Shown: positions 1 to 10,513, counted from the stretch's first letter. The stretch: 53,394 nt of DNA from a virus (IMGVR_UViG_3300027757_000008:1-53394), one strand, 5' to 3'. Numbers and translations are program-made. Notes: generated from the sequence alone by a model not told the origin.

Positions 1-1742
1 ACAGCCGCGTCTTTAGCCTTAGCGAGTTGAGCATCCAACTTAACGTAGTTGCTGCTCAACACACCCATAGAAGCCAAAGCGGCCTTAGCGAGGTTAGGGT
101 TCTTCACGCCTCCGATGGCGCTTGAACCAGCGCCGGCACCGAAGCCGACGATGAATGAGTCAATAAGTTCAGATACGTTAATATCTGCCTCACGGCCCTC
201 GATTGCTGCAAATGCAATCTCAGTGCCGATGCCTGCAATTACTTCCTCTAGACCCTCCTCTACGCCATTGCGGAAGAAGTTCTTAGCGCCGCTCTTAGCG
301 AAGTGAGAACCCATACGCAAGAACTCTTGCGACATAATTCCCTTACCAAAGACCGCGTCGCGGATTTCCTGACGAGTGATTTTCTTGCCTGCGCTGATTC
401 CGGGAACAAGCGCTACCATATCTCCAACAAACGCTCGCTCAGACAAAGTCTCAACAGCGGCCGCGGCGAAAGCCTCAAGGTAACGCTGAGTGGTGCTTAC
501 CTTTCCGTATTGGTCAGCAAGAGTGCCTCCGAATACGTTAGCACCCATTACAGTAGAACCAGCCCACATCGCAGCGCTTGATGTTGCAGATGCGCTGAAA
601 CCGAGGCCCGCTGCTGCACCACCAGTAAGGTATGTTGTAGCAGCCTGCATAGCCAACTGGGGGGCGGTCTGCGCTAGGTCAGTGTTAAACATAATACGAG
701 CCTTGTCGTATTCTCCGGCAGCAATAAGTCCGCTAATACCTAATTGCAAGTCCTTATCAGTAAGGCCATCTGACATCAGTGATGCTGTACGGCGGAAGCC
801 GTCCATCATACGCTCGTACTGAACGCCTTCTACCATCTGGCTCTGACCAGTAATTCCGTAATACAGCCCCTCAAATGAAGTTGAAATACCTCGAACACCG
901 GTGTTCATATCGTAAAGAACCTCTTGGAATTCGTTAAGGTCTCCAGTAACTTCCAACTCACGGTCAAGACGCTCCTTGTTGCGAGCCTCTACCGCGTCGA
1001 TTCGCTCCATAACATCAAGAGCGATGTTGTGGTCAATGGTAACAGCACCATTCTCATCCATAGAGAACAGTCTCTGGTCATCGCCCAAAAATAGCGTTTT
1101 TTGCGCCTGATTGTTGATTTCTTCGTATCTACCAGCAAGCAGTTTATTTACTTCATTGAAGTTATCTGAGTCCTGATTATCCGCACCCAATAAGTATGCG
1201 TTATTAGCAACCTGTGCTTTTTGATTAGCCTCTTCTACCGCCTTGAGGTCGGATGCACCAGATTGGTCACCAAACGCAACAGGACCCCAAGTGACCATAC
1301 CGCCTTCTTGCTGTCCACGAATAAATTCGCCCTGAAGCAAGTTGCTCTCCTGCTCTAGGCTAGATATGGCTGAAGATAGTTCGAACTCGCGGCCCTCTTG
1401 GGCTGCGCGAGATGCCCCGCGCATATTGGTACCAACCTTCTGCCCCTGTGAGGTAGCAGACGTCCCTAGTACTCCGAACCCGGCAGGTGCAGTTCCAGTG
1501 AAATCATCGAGCGTGAAGCCCGAAGAACCAGTCGCGGAAGGCGACTCCATAGAGACCGCCTCCGAAGTGGATTGCGAAGAGGGTATAGATTTTTTTTTTT
1601 CTCCTGTAGAGGAGCCACCATAGAACCCCATCCAAGCGTCTTGGGCTACGCCCTCGCTATCAAAGTAATACTTAATGTCGGCTTCGCTAACGCCAGCGTT
1701 CTTAAAGTTTTGGACTATGCCTTGGATTTTCTCTGGTTCCAT
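1..1742 (-). CDS. Giant virion/ejected (internal core) protein, N-terminal ~580 aa; runs off the left edge
   Basis: Missing from the ORF track because no stop lies in the window. My reading of the minus frame is open from ATG 1742 (MEPEKIQGIVQKLKNAGVSEAD...) to base 1, with Gly/Ala-rich and EEGLEEVIAG segments. A TAnnTTTG promoter lies upstream (1769-1776). Position after the ejection genes matches giant cargo proteins of crAss-like phages. Confidence 0.7.
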   Translation of the reverse strand, partial: MEPEKIQGIVQNFKNAGVSEADIKYYFDSEGVAQDAWMGFYGGSSTGEKKKSIPSSQSTSEAVSMESPSATGSSGFTLDDFTGTAPAGFGVLGTSATSQGQKVGTNMRGASRAAQEGREFELSSAISSLEQESNLLQGEFIRGQQEGGMVTWGPVAFGDQSGASDLKAVEEANQKAQVANNAYLLGADNQDSDNFNEVNKLLAGRYEEINNQAQKTLFLGDDQRLFSMDENGAVTIDHNIALDVMERIDAVEARNKERLDRELEVTGDLNEFQEVLYDMNTGVRGISTSFEGLYYGITGQSQMVEGVQYERMMDGFRRTASLMSDGLTDKDLQLGISGLIAAGEYDKARIMFNTDLAQTAPQLAMQAATTYLTGGAAAGLGFSASATSSAAMWAGSTVMGANVFGGTLADQYGKVSTTQRYLEAFAAAAVETLSERAFVGDMVALVPGISAGKKITRQEIRDAVFGKGIMSQEFLRMGSHFAKSGAKNFFRNGVEEGLEEVIAGIGTEIAFAAIEGREADINVSELIDSFIVGFGAGAGSSAIGGVKNPNLAKAALASMGVLSSNYVKLDAQLAKAKDAA

Positions 1743-1768
1743 AATGTCGTGCTTGTATTTGAGCAATA

Positions 1769-1776
1769 CAAATATA
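1769..1776 (-). promoter_or_regulatory. Bacteroidota sigma-A -7 element (TATATTTG)
   Basis: CAAATATA on + strand, intergenic, upstream of the giant ORF. Confidence 0.7.
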
Positions 1777-1806
1777 CGACAATTATTCCAATAAAATCGC
1801 TAAGTA

Positions 1807-3219
1807 TTAGTTACCTCCGTTAGCGATACGCGCTAATCCAGCCTTGTACTCTTGCTCTGCAAGCGATACCATAACGCTAAATTCTCCAGAAGGAATGTCG
1901 CCCTTAATCTTATTGATTGGTTCGATTGACTGATAGAACTTATTTGGGTCAAGTAATTGTGATTCAATGTCTTGCGTTCCCATTTCCACATTTGAAGCCA
2001 ATTGGGCAATGAACGACGGGGTTGGCTTGTATGTAACAGCCTTGTATTCCTTACCATCAAACACGATTCCTTCGTAGTAACGCATACGATTCCCGCTACC
2101 ATACTGACGGCGTGAGCCATTCTTAGTTGATGCGTATCCAAAGCGTTGGCCGGCTGTGTATCCAGCAGCCTGAAGGGCTTTGTCGTCGAAAGACATATCA
2201 TCGGCCATACCGAATGAATGTCCGAAGTCGGTTGACTTATCTTCACCTCCAGTGCTTTTGTAGGCGGTGAATTGTTCGTCAATACGAATAGAGTTAACCA
2301 ATCCAGTGGTCAAATCATTAAATACTTCTTCCCGAGACGTCAAAAACGAAAGACCTCGCTGTAAACGACGCTTTTCGGATGCGGAAATGTTATCAATTTT
2401 TTCGATGTCTTGTTGCGTCTTAATCCCCTGCAGTGACAGTTCATCTTCAATCTGCTTGTATTCGTTTACCTGAGCCATAACCTCTTCGGGTTTTGCCTCT
2501 GGGTTCAGGCGGAATGCCGCCTGATAGTCGACATCTGACTCAACCTTCGTGTCGTTAGTGTATTCGCCACGAATATAACCAGAAGCGGCCGTTGCTGCTT
2601 CCTTCTCGCGGAAAGAAACTCCCTGACCTTTTTCGGTTGAATACTGGTTAATGTACTGACTTGGGTTGAACTTTCCCTTGAATTTAGGCACCTGAACCGC
2701 AAGAATGTCCATATCGGGCTGAAGTACTGGCGGCTGGAAGAAGTCCAATTGCGCTGCGCCATCTAAACCCTGAGCAGACTGAACCTTGATAGTTTCTGTT
2801 GAAATATTGTACCACTCGTCGTATGCCGCCTTATTTTGAGCGTATTGGTCAGACTGACGAACTTTTTCGTACTTATTTACCAAATCCTTATATACGGTTG
2901 AAACTTTTGCCGCAGAAATGGCAATATCAGCAAAATCACCAGTACTCATATTTACCGCTCCAGCGCTTCCAGACATAATAGATTCTGCGCGAGCGTTAAG
3001 AGCCTTTTCAACATTGACTGAAAATTCAGCAGCAACATCCGGAGGAAGCATCATCATCTGCTGCTTCGCCTCTTGAAGTTGTTGGTTTGACTTTTCGTAT
3101 GCGTTTACCAAATTCTGGTGTGCAACGGCAGAGCGCTGTTGCGCTTGCGCCTGAAAGCGTAAACCAATCTCTGAAACCTTTGAGAAATCTGCTACTGGTG
3201 ATGAACCTAATTCAGCCAT
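1807..3219 (-). CDS. Putative ejected/internal virion protein, 470 aa
   Basis: Long helical Gln/Ala-rich ORF between the pilot-like gene and the giant protein; function inferred from synteny only. Confidence 0.5.
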   Translation of the reverse strand: MAELGSSPVADFSKVSEIGLRFQAQAQQRSAVAHQNLVNAYEKSNQQLQEAKQQMMMLPPDVAAEFSVNVEKALNARAESIMSGSAGAVNMSTGDFADIAISAAKVSTVYKDLVNKYEKVRQSDQYAQNKAAYDEWYNISTETIKVQSAQGLDGAAQLDFFQPPVLQPDMDILAVQVPKFKGKFNPSQYINQYSTEKGQGVSFREKEAATAASGYIRGEYTNDTKVESDVDYQAAFRLNPEAKPEEVMAQVNEYKQIEDELSLQGIKTQQDIEKIDNISASEKRRLQRGLSFLTSREEVFNDLTTGLVNSIRIDEQFTAYKSTGGEDKSTDFGHSFGMADDMSFDDKALQAAGYTAGQRFGYASTKNGSRRQYGSGNRMRYYEGIVFDGKEYKAVTYKPTPSFIAQLASNVEMGTQDIESQLLDPNKFYQSIEPINKIKGDIPSGEFSVMVSLAEQEYKAGLARIANGGN

Positions 3220-3228
3220 TTTTGTATT

Positions 3229-3942
3229 TTATTTGCGACGGACTCCTCCGGGTAAGAATTGAAGTGCTGTATCAAGCGCCGAGTTGCCGGTGCCTGCTGC
3301 AGTCCCCGTCGCTGTTCGTATTCCGTATCGGGCCATTGCGGCAGCCTCAGATTGCTGTCGGCTCAATTGTCCGTAAGCATCGCTATAAGACATACCGGCA
3401 GACATAACCCCACCTGCGACGGACCCAAGTCCAGACTGAATATTTGCTTGCGCAGATTGCCGTGCTTGGTCAGCCATACCGAGTTCCATACGATAACGGC
3501 CTTCTTGCATTTGCTGTGCTTGCTGCTGGGCGCCTCCATAGATTTGAGAAGCCTGCATTTCGCGCTCGAATTGAGCCTGCTGAGCCTTAAACGCATCTGC
3601 GGCGGATTGCTGTGTGACAGAACCAAGACCACCAACAAGCGCACGACCTCCAGCCCTAGACAGAGCGGATACATTCGCCGCCTGACGCATTGCAATTTGC
3701 TGCGTCTGAAACTCCAAGTTGCTTCGGTCCATAGCCTTGCTGTAGAAGTCCGCATAAGCAGACGGAACGGCCAATGACGGGGCATTGGCCTTAAGTGTTT
3801 CAATCTCAGCCTTTGCCGCCTGAAGGTCTTTACGGCCCTGATACATTTGATAGATGCCGAGGCCAGCCTGTACGACGCCTCCAGCGATACCACCGGAAGC
3901 CATACCTAGGGCCTGCATTCCTAAACTATCTAATCCTGCCAT
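3229..3942 (-). CDS. Putative ejection/pilot protein (Gly/Ala/Gln-rich), 237 aa
   Basis: Hydrophobic Gly-rich N-terminus (MASGGIAGGVVQAGLGIYQ), coiled-coil middle and GG-rich C-terminus, typical of podovirus ejection proteins following the tail stabilisation gene. Confidence 0.6.
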   Translation of the reverse strand: MAGLDSLGMQALGMASGGIAGGVVQAGLGIYQMYQGRKDLQAAKAEIETLKANAPSLAVPSAYADFYSKAMDRSNLEFQTQQIAMRQAANVSALSRAGGRALVGGLGSVTQQSAADAFKAQQAQFEREMQASQIYGGAQQQAQQMQEGRYRMELGMADQARQSAQANIQSGLGSVAGGVMSAGMSYSDAYGQLSRQQSEAAAMARYGIRTATGTAAGTGNSALDTALQFLPGGVRRK

Positions 3943-3947
3943 AACTG

Positions 3948-3955
3948 CAAATATA
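3948..3955 (-). promoter_or_regulatory. Bacteroidota -7 promoter element 5 nt before ATG
   Basis: Minus strand reads TATATTTG-CAGTT-ATG. Confidence 0.7.
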
Positions 3956-3959
3956 CGAA

Positions 3960-6900
3960 TTATTCTTGTTCTACTCCGCTGATTCCAGAAACATTGTGCA
4001 ATGTACTATCTGAGTAGTTCACATTTACGCCAAAGATTTCAATCTGCTCGGTAGTGTTATCAAAGTTAAACTCAGCCTTAAGCCAATGGCCGCGCATTGG
4101 GTCGCCGTCAATCTTTGAGTTTGCTTTTACAACTATCGTGTAGTCTAAGTCAATCAAAGATGCGTCGCTAACGACAATTGAGTTTTTACCAGAAATGCTG
4201 CTAAGGGTAGCAGACATATCAATCAAGTCTCCAGAAGAGTCAAGCCGCCAAAGCGAACCTCCAATCGTTAAAGGAAGTCGGTTAACAGCGTTTGTAAATG
4301 ACACCGTGTTTCCATCAATTGAGGAAACAATGCCAATCGCCATCCACTCGTCGTTTCCTGAATCTGAACGAGGAATCGGAGAGAAGTATTCGTCTTCCTT
4401 TTTTGTCATAACCTCAGCAACAAGGTTAGATGACTGCGACAAAGTGCTAAACGTTACGTCGGCCGGAGCGTTGCCCTCAATGCTCAGGGCGCTGAAAGTC
4501 TTAACCCCAGAGCGTGGGCGATTGCTGATGATAGTGAATCCGCTGTCGTATTGAGCACCAAAGAACTCTGCGTGCTGAGCATTCACCTCGGCCTCATATA
4601 GCAAATTGGCGGTTCCAACGTTTTTAACGTGGAAGTAAGAGTTATTCATTGCGGCGTAGCCATCAGCATTTACGTCAGATAGATGCGTCCAGGCTCCAGC
4701 GCTTGTGCTGTACACAGCGCTCTTGAAGTCATAGTCGGTCGTAAATGGGTATATCCCACCAATCGGAGATGCGCCGACGGATAGCGTATGGTAACTGATT
4801 GTAACCTCCCCGTGATATGGGTCAAAACCCATACGCACGTGACGAGTGTTCGAGCCTTCATACGTTCCGCTGTTTCCAACAACGCGGTCACTGAAGTCTG
4901 TAAGTGTTCGCGCCTCCGTTGAGAAGTGCTTTTTTAATCCGTTGTTTGAAATGTTTGTAAGGCCCTTTGCCCCAATGGAGTACACTGCTCCACGCTGCAC
5001 GTCAAAGAAAATAACATTCTCATCAGTGTCAACAAATGCACCGCGGTCTTGGATTCCGCAGGTTGTGGGCATATATGTAGGCTGATTTAAAAAATCAGTA
5101 CTAAGACCGATAAATTCAGTTCCGCCATCAATGATATTTCTATTTACTGGAGAGAATCCAACAGCATCCTCCTGTATAAGGACAATGTAGTTAGATTTGT
5201 CAACAAGGCCGTAAATACCCCCGCTATTAGCCTCAAAGTCATACCAGTTGGCAAGACCATTGTTAAATGAAGAAAGCGTGTTAAACGGGCTGTCCTGAAC
5301 TAGCGGCTCTGAATACGTAACCGATGAGTATCGGTTCTGCTTTCTCTCCCCTGGAATTAAACCATATGGCTTACCCTTGGAATAGTATCTAGTGTCCTCT
5401 TTAAAGTCGTAATAACGAGAGGATTCAACAAACCGAACAAACGTGTCCATCTCCTCGGTATATGCGTCGATAAGGCCATTTGTCTTTGCCGCCGTCTGCC
5501 ACTCAAATCCAATAATCGTACGTGGCCTATACCAAATGTCTCCACCTTCAATTTTATGCGCAGCGGTGTGCTCACTTCCGGCGTCATAAACGTCGCCAAT
5601 AGCGTAATAAACACTAGGCTCAACTTCTACTTGTTTGTTGTATATTTCGACAAGGCATTCGTTTGCCCATAGGTCTAGATTTCCCGCTACGTCTGGCTGG
5701 CTGAATCCATTTATTGTTGGAGAGTCAATTAAAATAAAATCGCCAACTTTTCTAGCGTCCCTGTCTGAAGTGGCACCACCGTCTGGAATAATTGGAGATG
5801 AAGCGGTATCTTCATATGTAACAAGGTCTACAACCTTAAAATCAATTCCATCTGGATATACAGTTCCTCCAGTTGTATTTTTGTATGATATTACTCGTAG
5901 GCGGTCGCCCTCAGAAAATTGATATTGTGTTTTAGAACCTTCTGAATCCACATAAGAGTTTGGCGCGCCTTGAAGGCCGCGCAATGCTAAGTGAATGCGG
6001 TCGCCGTCACCAGCGACATAAAAGGCTTCAGTTATTTGATACTGAAGAAACTCGGGGCCATTGCCACTGTACACAAAGAAGAACTTGTCTGCCCAGGTCG
6101 GGCGAGACGATGTCAACTGAATGTTTACGTGAGCGGAGCCTAGGTCGTTTCCAAATCGTTCGCTCTTTCGGCGCACATAAACGTCTCCAAGTTGTTGGAC
6201 GCCGCTTGTGCGGCCATACTTGTCCTGATAAACAACACCAAATGAGTGGTTCTTTCCAGTTTTAAAAGATTGTTCACCTTGGCTGTCGTATAAATATGTG
6301 TTGTCGTCAACAAGTCCGCTATTGTCTGTTGTCACAGAGGTGGTTCCGGTAATAATTGGATTAGCAGAAGAGTTGTCCTGATACGCGGTAGATTGATACG
6401 TTGGCTCTGGAAGGTTATATCCATTGGGGTCCAATATAACTTCTGAAGAAATTAGGTCATACTCGTCCATCTTGAATTCTATATCAAGAACTGGCTTACC
6501 CAAGAAAGGCGCCGACGTCGCCGAAGCCGTATAAGTGCTGGCAGTAGCGCTAAAGGTGACCCGTCCGCCATAATAAACGTCATACGTTGAAGTTCCACTC
6601 ACTATGCGAGTTGCATACGAAAGTTCGTCGGTCTTAACTGGAAGTTCTATATTTTGAAATCCAGAAACAATTCCAGAACCAAAAGATGCGGCAAAGGCGG
6701 CTCGGTTTGCACTAGCGGGAACCTCAATTGGAGCGCTGTAGTCAAAGCCAGCAACTGAAAACTTAGTATATACGCTTTGGCTTGCAATAAGCGTAGTCCC
6801 CTGGTATATCTCACGAAGCCTAGATACGTTCTCAATTGAGTTTATTTTACTAACAAGAACGTCAAACAAAACAGTTCCGCCAAGCGATGGTACGTTTGCA

Positions 6901-8012
6901 ATGTTAGAAAGGTCAAATCGAAGAACCATCCTGCTTGACTGCCACGATGTCTTTAGGGCTGCGGGGATTGCCTTTGGAACGTATTCGTTATCGTAGTTGA
7001 CGGTGATGTTTGCACTAACCGAGCCAACATCAAACCCTTCAGTGTAGTTTCCATAAACAAGTCGTCCGGCAGAAATAGTCTGTGCTTTTGCTGTGAGTGG
7101 AACTGAATCCTGAAGTTTATTTGAATCGTTTGAAGCAAGTAACTCTCCAAGTTTATTGTTGTAGAAGTCAAAAACAACAGTTGTGTCGTTGTCCTTTTCT
7201 TCAACCAGAGAGAACGGCATAGAAGAGTTCTTCCGAACATACAGGCGAACCTTTTCTACGGCGTCAGTAGAACCTTCTACGGATACTTGTAGTTTATTAT
7301 ATAACTTACGATATCCGTCACTTGAGGATGTTGCGTTAAGGGTATTTGGGCTTGCAACCAATGGAGAGTATGCGCCAAGCGCAGACTCCTCTTTATCTCG
7401 GTATACGTACTGAGCAGCAAATTGAAACGACAAACCAATAAGGTCGTTTGAGTCAATTGAGTAGTCAGTTTGAAACTCGCAAAACGGAGTAGATGGTTGC
7501 TTTTTTACGACATTGAGTTCAATCTGCTTTTCAGAAATCGTTGACCCGGCGGGATATCCGCCAAGTTTAGCCTTTGTTACGCTTATCTTTTTGGGGTTTG
7601 AGCGACCATCAGTAAAGTACAAATACACTTCATCGTCGTAAATTACTCCATCGATATTGAGGTAGTCGTCGTTTCGGAACTCTAGGGCCGCCTCCTGCAT
7701 AAGTAAAACAACCTCTGATGAGTTTGTGTCGTACTCGTAAATGCAGTGATTATCTAAGTTGTTGTACAAAAAGATGTACACCTTGTTAACTGCGTCAAAA
7801 GAATACGTTCCAACAACTCGATTCTGCCCTATGGGTAGCGCAGTGTCAAGCGTAATTGAAGAATTTCCCTTGATGTTTTTGATAATACCTCCGTTACCGC
7901 CTTTGTCTGTAGCAACGCGAAAGTTGTTCGCATCGGCGAACTCAACACTTTGTAGGACTTTTTCGTCGCTATCCTTGTTTAGGTAACGTGGTGTAAGTTT
8001 ATCAATAGCCAT
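3960..8012 (-). CDS. Tail stabilisation/nozzle (muzzle) protein, crAss-like, 1350 aa
   Basis: N-terminal LNKDSDEK..EFADANNFRV, then YFTDG...PKKI, FQFAAQYVYRD, VPLTAKAQ...RLVYGNY, FGVVYQDKYGR and C-terminal KKEDEYF / GDPMRGHW motifs; beta-rich; follows the ring-protein genes. Confidence 0.75.
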   Translation of the reverse strand: MAIDKLTPRYLNKDSDEKVLQSVEFADANNFRVATDKGGNGGIIKNIKGNSSITLDTALPIGQNRVVGTYSFDAVNKVYIFLYNNLDNHCIYEYDTNSSEVVLLMQEAALEFRNDDYLNIDGVIYDDEVYLYFTDGRSNPKKISVTKAKLGGYPAGSTISEKQIELNVVKKQPSTPFCEFQTDYSIDSNDLIGLSFQFAAQYVYRDKEESALGAYSPLVASPNTLNATSSSDGYRKLYNKLQVSVEGSTDAVEKVRLYVRKNSSMPFSLVEEKDNDTTVVFDFYNNKLGELLASNDSNKLQDSVPLTAKAQTISAGRLVYGNYTEGFDVGSVSANITVNYDNEYVPKAIPAALKTSWQSSRMVLRFDLSNIANVPSLGGTVLFDVLVSKINSIENVSRLREIYQGTTLIASQSVYTKFSVAGFDYSAPIEVPASANRAAFAASFGSGIVSGFQNIELPVKTDELSYATRIVSGTSTYDVYYGGRVTFSATASTYTASATSAPFLGKPVLDIEFKMDEYDLISSEVILDPNGYNLPEPTYQSTAYQDNSSANPIITGTTSVTTDNSGLVDDNTYLYDSQGEQSFKTGKNHSFGVVYQDKYGRTSGVQQLGDVYVRRKSERFGNDLGSAHVNIQLTSSRPTWADKFFFVYSGNGPEFLQYQITEAFYVAGDGDRIHLALRGLQGAPNSYVDSEGSKTQYQFSEGDRLRVISYKNTTGGTVYPDGIDFKVVDLVTYEDTASSPIIPDGGATSDRDARKVGDFILIDSPTINGFSQPDVAGNLDLWANECLVEIYNKQVEVEPSVYYAIGDVYDAGSEHTAAHKIEGGDIWYRPRTIIGFEWQTAAKTNGLIDAYTEEMDTFVRFVESSRYYDFKEDTRYYSKGKPYGLIPGERKQNRYSSVTYSEPLVQDSPFNTLSSFNNGLANWYDFEANSGGIYGLVDKSNYIVLIQEDAVGFSPVNRNIIDGGTEFIGLSTDFLNQPTYMPTTCGIQDRGAFVDTDENVIFFDVQRGAVYSIGAKGLTNISNNGLKKHFSTEARTLTDFSDRVVGNSGTYEGSNTRHVRMGFDPYHGEVTISYHTLSVGASPIGGIYPFTTDYDFKSAVYSTSAGAWTHLSDVNADGYAAMNNSYFHVKNVGTANLLYEAEVNAQHAEFFGAQYDSGFTIISNRPRSGVKTFSALSIEGNAPADVTFSTLSQSSNLVAEVMTKKEDEYFSPIPRSDSGNDEWMAIGIVSSIDGNTVSFTNAVNRLPLTIGGSLWRLDSSGDLIDMSATLSSISGKNSIVVSDASLIDLDYTIVVKANSKIDGDPMRGHWLKAEFNFDNTTEQIEIFGVNVNYSDSTLHNVSGISGVEQE

Positions 8013-8017
8013 CTGGC

Positions 8018-8824
8018 TTAGTATTTAGGCGATTGGCGGAAGTTCTTCCGGATGGTAAACAATGCTTCTTCCTTGGAGAACGAATTCATACGTGCGTTTG
8101 CACGGCGCAGTTCATTGTAATACTCTTGACGAGCGCGGGCCTTTTCATTATATGGTACGTCGGACTTGCGCTCAATAATCTTATAGTAGATGTATTGACG
8201 AAGCGCCTCTTCGCAGTACACGTGGATGCTTGGATTGCTCGAAAGAGCCTCGTCGGCAACATACTCAATAGTAACCTTGTCAAGCGTGTAGTCAGTGGCA
8301 ATCTCAATTCGGTTCTGGTCGTAGTTAATTCGGAACGTTGCTTCCGCACGGCCTCCGCCATATCCGTATTGCCCACCCTCAGACGCTTCGTAAACATACT
8401 GAACGTAAGGGTAGTTTTCTGAATCTGCGCCAGTGTTTGCAATACCAGTCTTGTTATCAACGCGGTCATACACGCCGTCGTTGTTTGAGTCTACTGGGTT
8501 GCCGTTTGAGTCAGTGGCGTAAACCATAGACATATTTATATTCTTGTTCTCTTTAAACGTGTAGAACAAGCCGTCAGAGCCGCCATAGCCAATGCGAAGG
8601 AAGTCAACGAAATCGTCAGGTAACTCGACCGTTGCGTTGTCTGCATTTACGGTAAGGTTGACAGACTTAATGCGCTTCATAGCATCAAAGCCAAGTTCAC
8701 GAGCGCCTCGTAGCGCTAAATTGTGAACATAGTAGTCAGTTGCATTAGACGCATAGTCGTCTCCGCTCATACCGAGCAGAAAATCATTAACAACCTCCTT
8801 AATAGTTACTACGTTTCGTGCCAT
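8018..8824 (-). CDS. Tail ring/structural protein, 268 aa
   Basis: LPDDFVDFLRIG and IHVYCEEALRQYIYY motifs, resembling crAss-like ring proteins; synteny. Confidence 0.65.
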   Translation of the reverse strand: MARNVVTIKEVVNDFLLGMSGDDYASNATDYYVHNLALRGARELGFDAMKRIKSVNLTVNADNATVELPDDFVDFLRIGYGGSDGLFYTFKENKNINMSMVYATDSNGNPVDSNNDGVYDRVDNKTGIANTGADSENYPYVQYVYEASEGGQYGYGGGRAEATFRINYDQNRIEIATDYTLDKVTIEYVADEALSSNPSIHVYCEEALRQYIYYKIIERKSDVPYNEKARARQEYYNELRRANARMNSFSKEEALFTIRKNFRQSPKY

Positions 8825-9570
8825 TACTTACTCGTCTTAATTTGTTGTTCCTGAGCGGCATACGTAAATACTTCGCTTTCTCGAATGCTTATGCCAATCA
8901 TTTTAGCAATTTCAAGAACCAATTCTGGAACGTAGTGGTCAGGCAATTCGAAGTCAATAGAGTTTGTAACATCAAACACCTCAACGCCGCTAGAAGAAAC
9001 AGTATAACTGAATCGTGGCAATGCCGATGTCTTAGAGCCGTCAAGAGAAGAAACACCTTCTGGCTGCTTATAGTAGCGCAACTTTACCTTGCGAATACTC
9101 GTTGGGAAAACTAGAATGTCGCTAGAAACAAGAGCGACTGGGTTATCTTCGGTTGGGATGCTCAATGTGCTTTTCAAAAGCATATCAATCTTCTCCTCCT
9201 CGTATACAACCTTGATGCGCTCCGAAGACGTTGAGTCAAGTACCCAGTCTCCAGACGTGTTCATAGAGATGATGCGCGCTAAGTCAGATGGCTTCTGGAA
9301 TACACCAGAAGTTGCGCTAATAGTAGCGGTCTTAGAGAAGTAAGCCAAATCCTCTTGGATTTGCTTCATACGCGCTTTGTCGCGACCACCGTCGTTTGTA
9401 GAAACAATTCCCAAACGGTTGTATTTTTTAAGGTCGTCAAATAATCCATTAAAGATGCGCGTCTGCGCAATTCCAGCGAACGAGTTGAACTGGGAAGGCG
9501 TAACCATCCCACGAGCGTCCTTGTTCGTAAGGTCTTTCAGGATTGAGTAAACTTCATTTACAGATGCCAT
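8824..9570 (-). CDS. Tail ring/head-tail adaptor protein, 248 aa
   Basis: NKDARGMVTPSQFNSFA..AQ N-terminus, LRYYKQP and FELPD motifs; synteny downstream of the capsid module. Confidence 0.65.
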   Translation of the reverse strand: MASVNEVYSILKDLTNKDARGMVTPSQFNSFAGIAQTRIFNGLFDDLKKYNRLGIVSTNDGGRDKARMKQIQEDLAYFSKTATISATSGVFQKPSDLARIISMNTSGDWVLDSTSSERIKVVYEEEKIDMLLKSTLSIPTEDNPVALVSSDILVFPTSIRKVKLRYYKQPEGVSSLDGSKTSALPRFSYTVSSSGVEVFDVTNSIDFELPDHYVPELVLEIAKMIGISIRESEVFTYAAQEQQIKTSK

Positions 9571-9593
9571 TCCACTGTGCGTTTTTGATTCTT

Positions 9594-9636
9594 CAAAGAT
9601 ACTAAAAAAAAAGCACCCCCGTCTGGGAGTGCCTTT
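9594..9636 (-). terminator. Intrinsic terminator fused to a downstream -7 promoter (TATCTTTG)
   Basis: Minus strand: GCACTCCC/GGGGGTGC hairpin, then T-run, AG, TATCTTTG. Confidence 0.7.
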
Positions 9637-9655
9637 TAATTAAAAACCAGAGAAA

Positions 9656-10468
9656 TTACAGAGAATCAATATGTCGCTCAAGTTCCTGTCGTACGTCATA
9701 TCCACGCTCGGACATAAGGAAACGAGTGAATACCGTTTTGGTATCTTGACCCGCCGGAGTAGGTATAATGATTTGATTAGAATCATACCAATACATACCG
9801 TCGGACTTTGACTTAAGGATTTGGAAGTCTAATGAGGTGATTACCAATGCCTTAAGTTGAACAAGCGGGCTATTTACGTTCTCCATAAACGCCTTAGGGT
9901 TGCCCTTGGCTTGCTGGATGAGTGCGCGCTTGATTTCCAAACTTGATAAATCTCCGGAGATTCCGTAAGATAATGCGAGAGGGAGTAGTGTGTCAACGTC
10001 AGATTCCTTAATGTAAGAAATTGCGTCGTGCATCAAGAACTCTTTTTCGAGTTCTTCTTCTGCGTTAATCTCGTTGTTAACTTCAATGAAGATACCTCCT
10101 CCGTTGGCCTTGTTGTCTGGGTGAGAGCGGAGATATTCAATCAGATTAGGCATAGTGTGCAAAACCATAAGGGTTTTGTCACGGAACACAATCTGCTCAC
10201 GGCGAGCAGTTTCTGATTGCTCGTCTACGAAGATAGACTTCTCGGCAGGGCAATAGCGGATTTCTCGGTTATAACCAGACTCTTCGTCAAAAATGACGAT
10301 ACTGTCTTGGCGAATCTTATGCCAGATTCCACCACCTTTGGGGATTGAGAAAACAATGGGTTTTGGGGCAGCGGGCTTTTTACCTTTGATAGTGCTCGTC
10401 TGCTTGGGCGCCACCGGGGCTTTCTTTGCTGCGGTAGGGCGTGTTGATTTTGGGCGTTGTTCAGCCAT
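9656..10468 (-). CDS. Conserved crAss-like protein encoded after the capsid gene, 270 aa
   Basis: REIRYCPAEKSIFVDEQ...IVFRD..L...HPDN motif; position directly after MCP. Confidence 0.55.
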   Translation of the reverse strand: MAEQRPKSTRPTAAKKAPVAPKQTSTIKGKKPAAPKPIVFSIPKGGGIWHKIRQDSIVIFDEESGYNREIRYCPAEKSIFVDEQSETARREQIVFRDKTLMVLHTMPNLIEYLRSHPDNKANGGGIFIEVNNEINAEEELEKEFLMHDAISYIKESDVDTLLPLALSYGISGDLSSLEIKRALIQQAKGNPKAFMENVNSPLVQLKALVITSLDFQILKSKSDGMYWYDSNQIIIPTPAGQDTKTVFTRFLMSERGYDVRQELERHIDSL

Positions 10469-10513
10469 TTTTTGATAGAATTAAAATTGAAAACCAATAA
10501 AAAGTTTGGTAGA

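Noticed and set aside
1-1742. Calling the giant partial ORF a virion RNA polymerase
   Set aside because: No DxDxD-type catalytic motif in the visible part; the rest is outside the window
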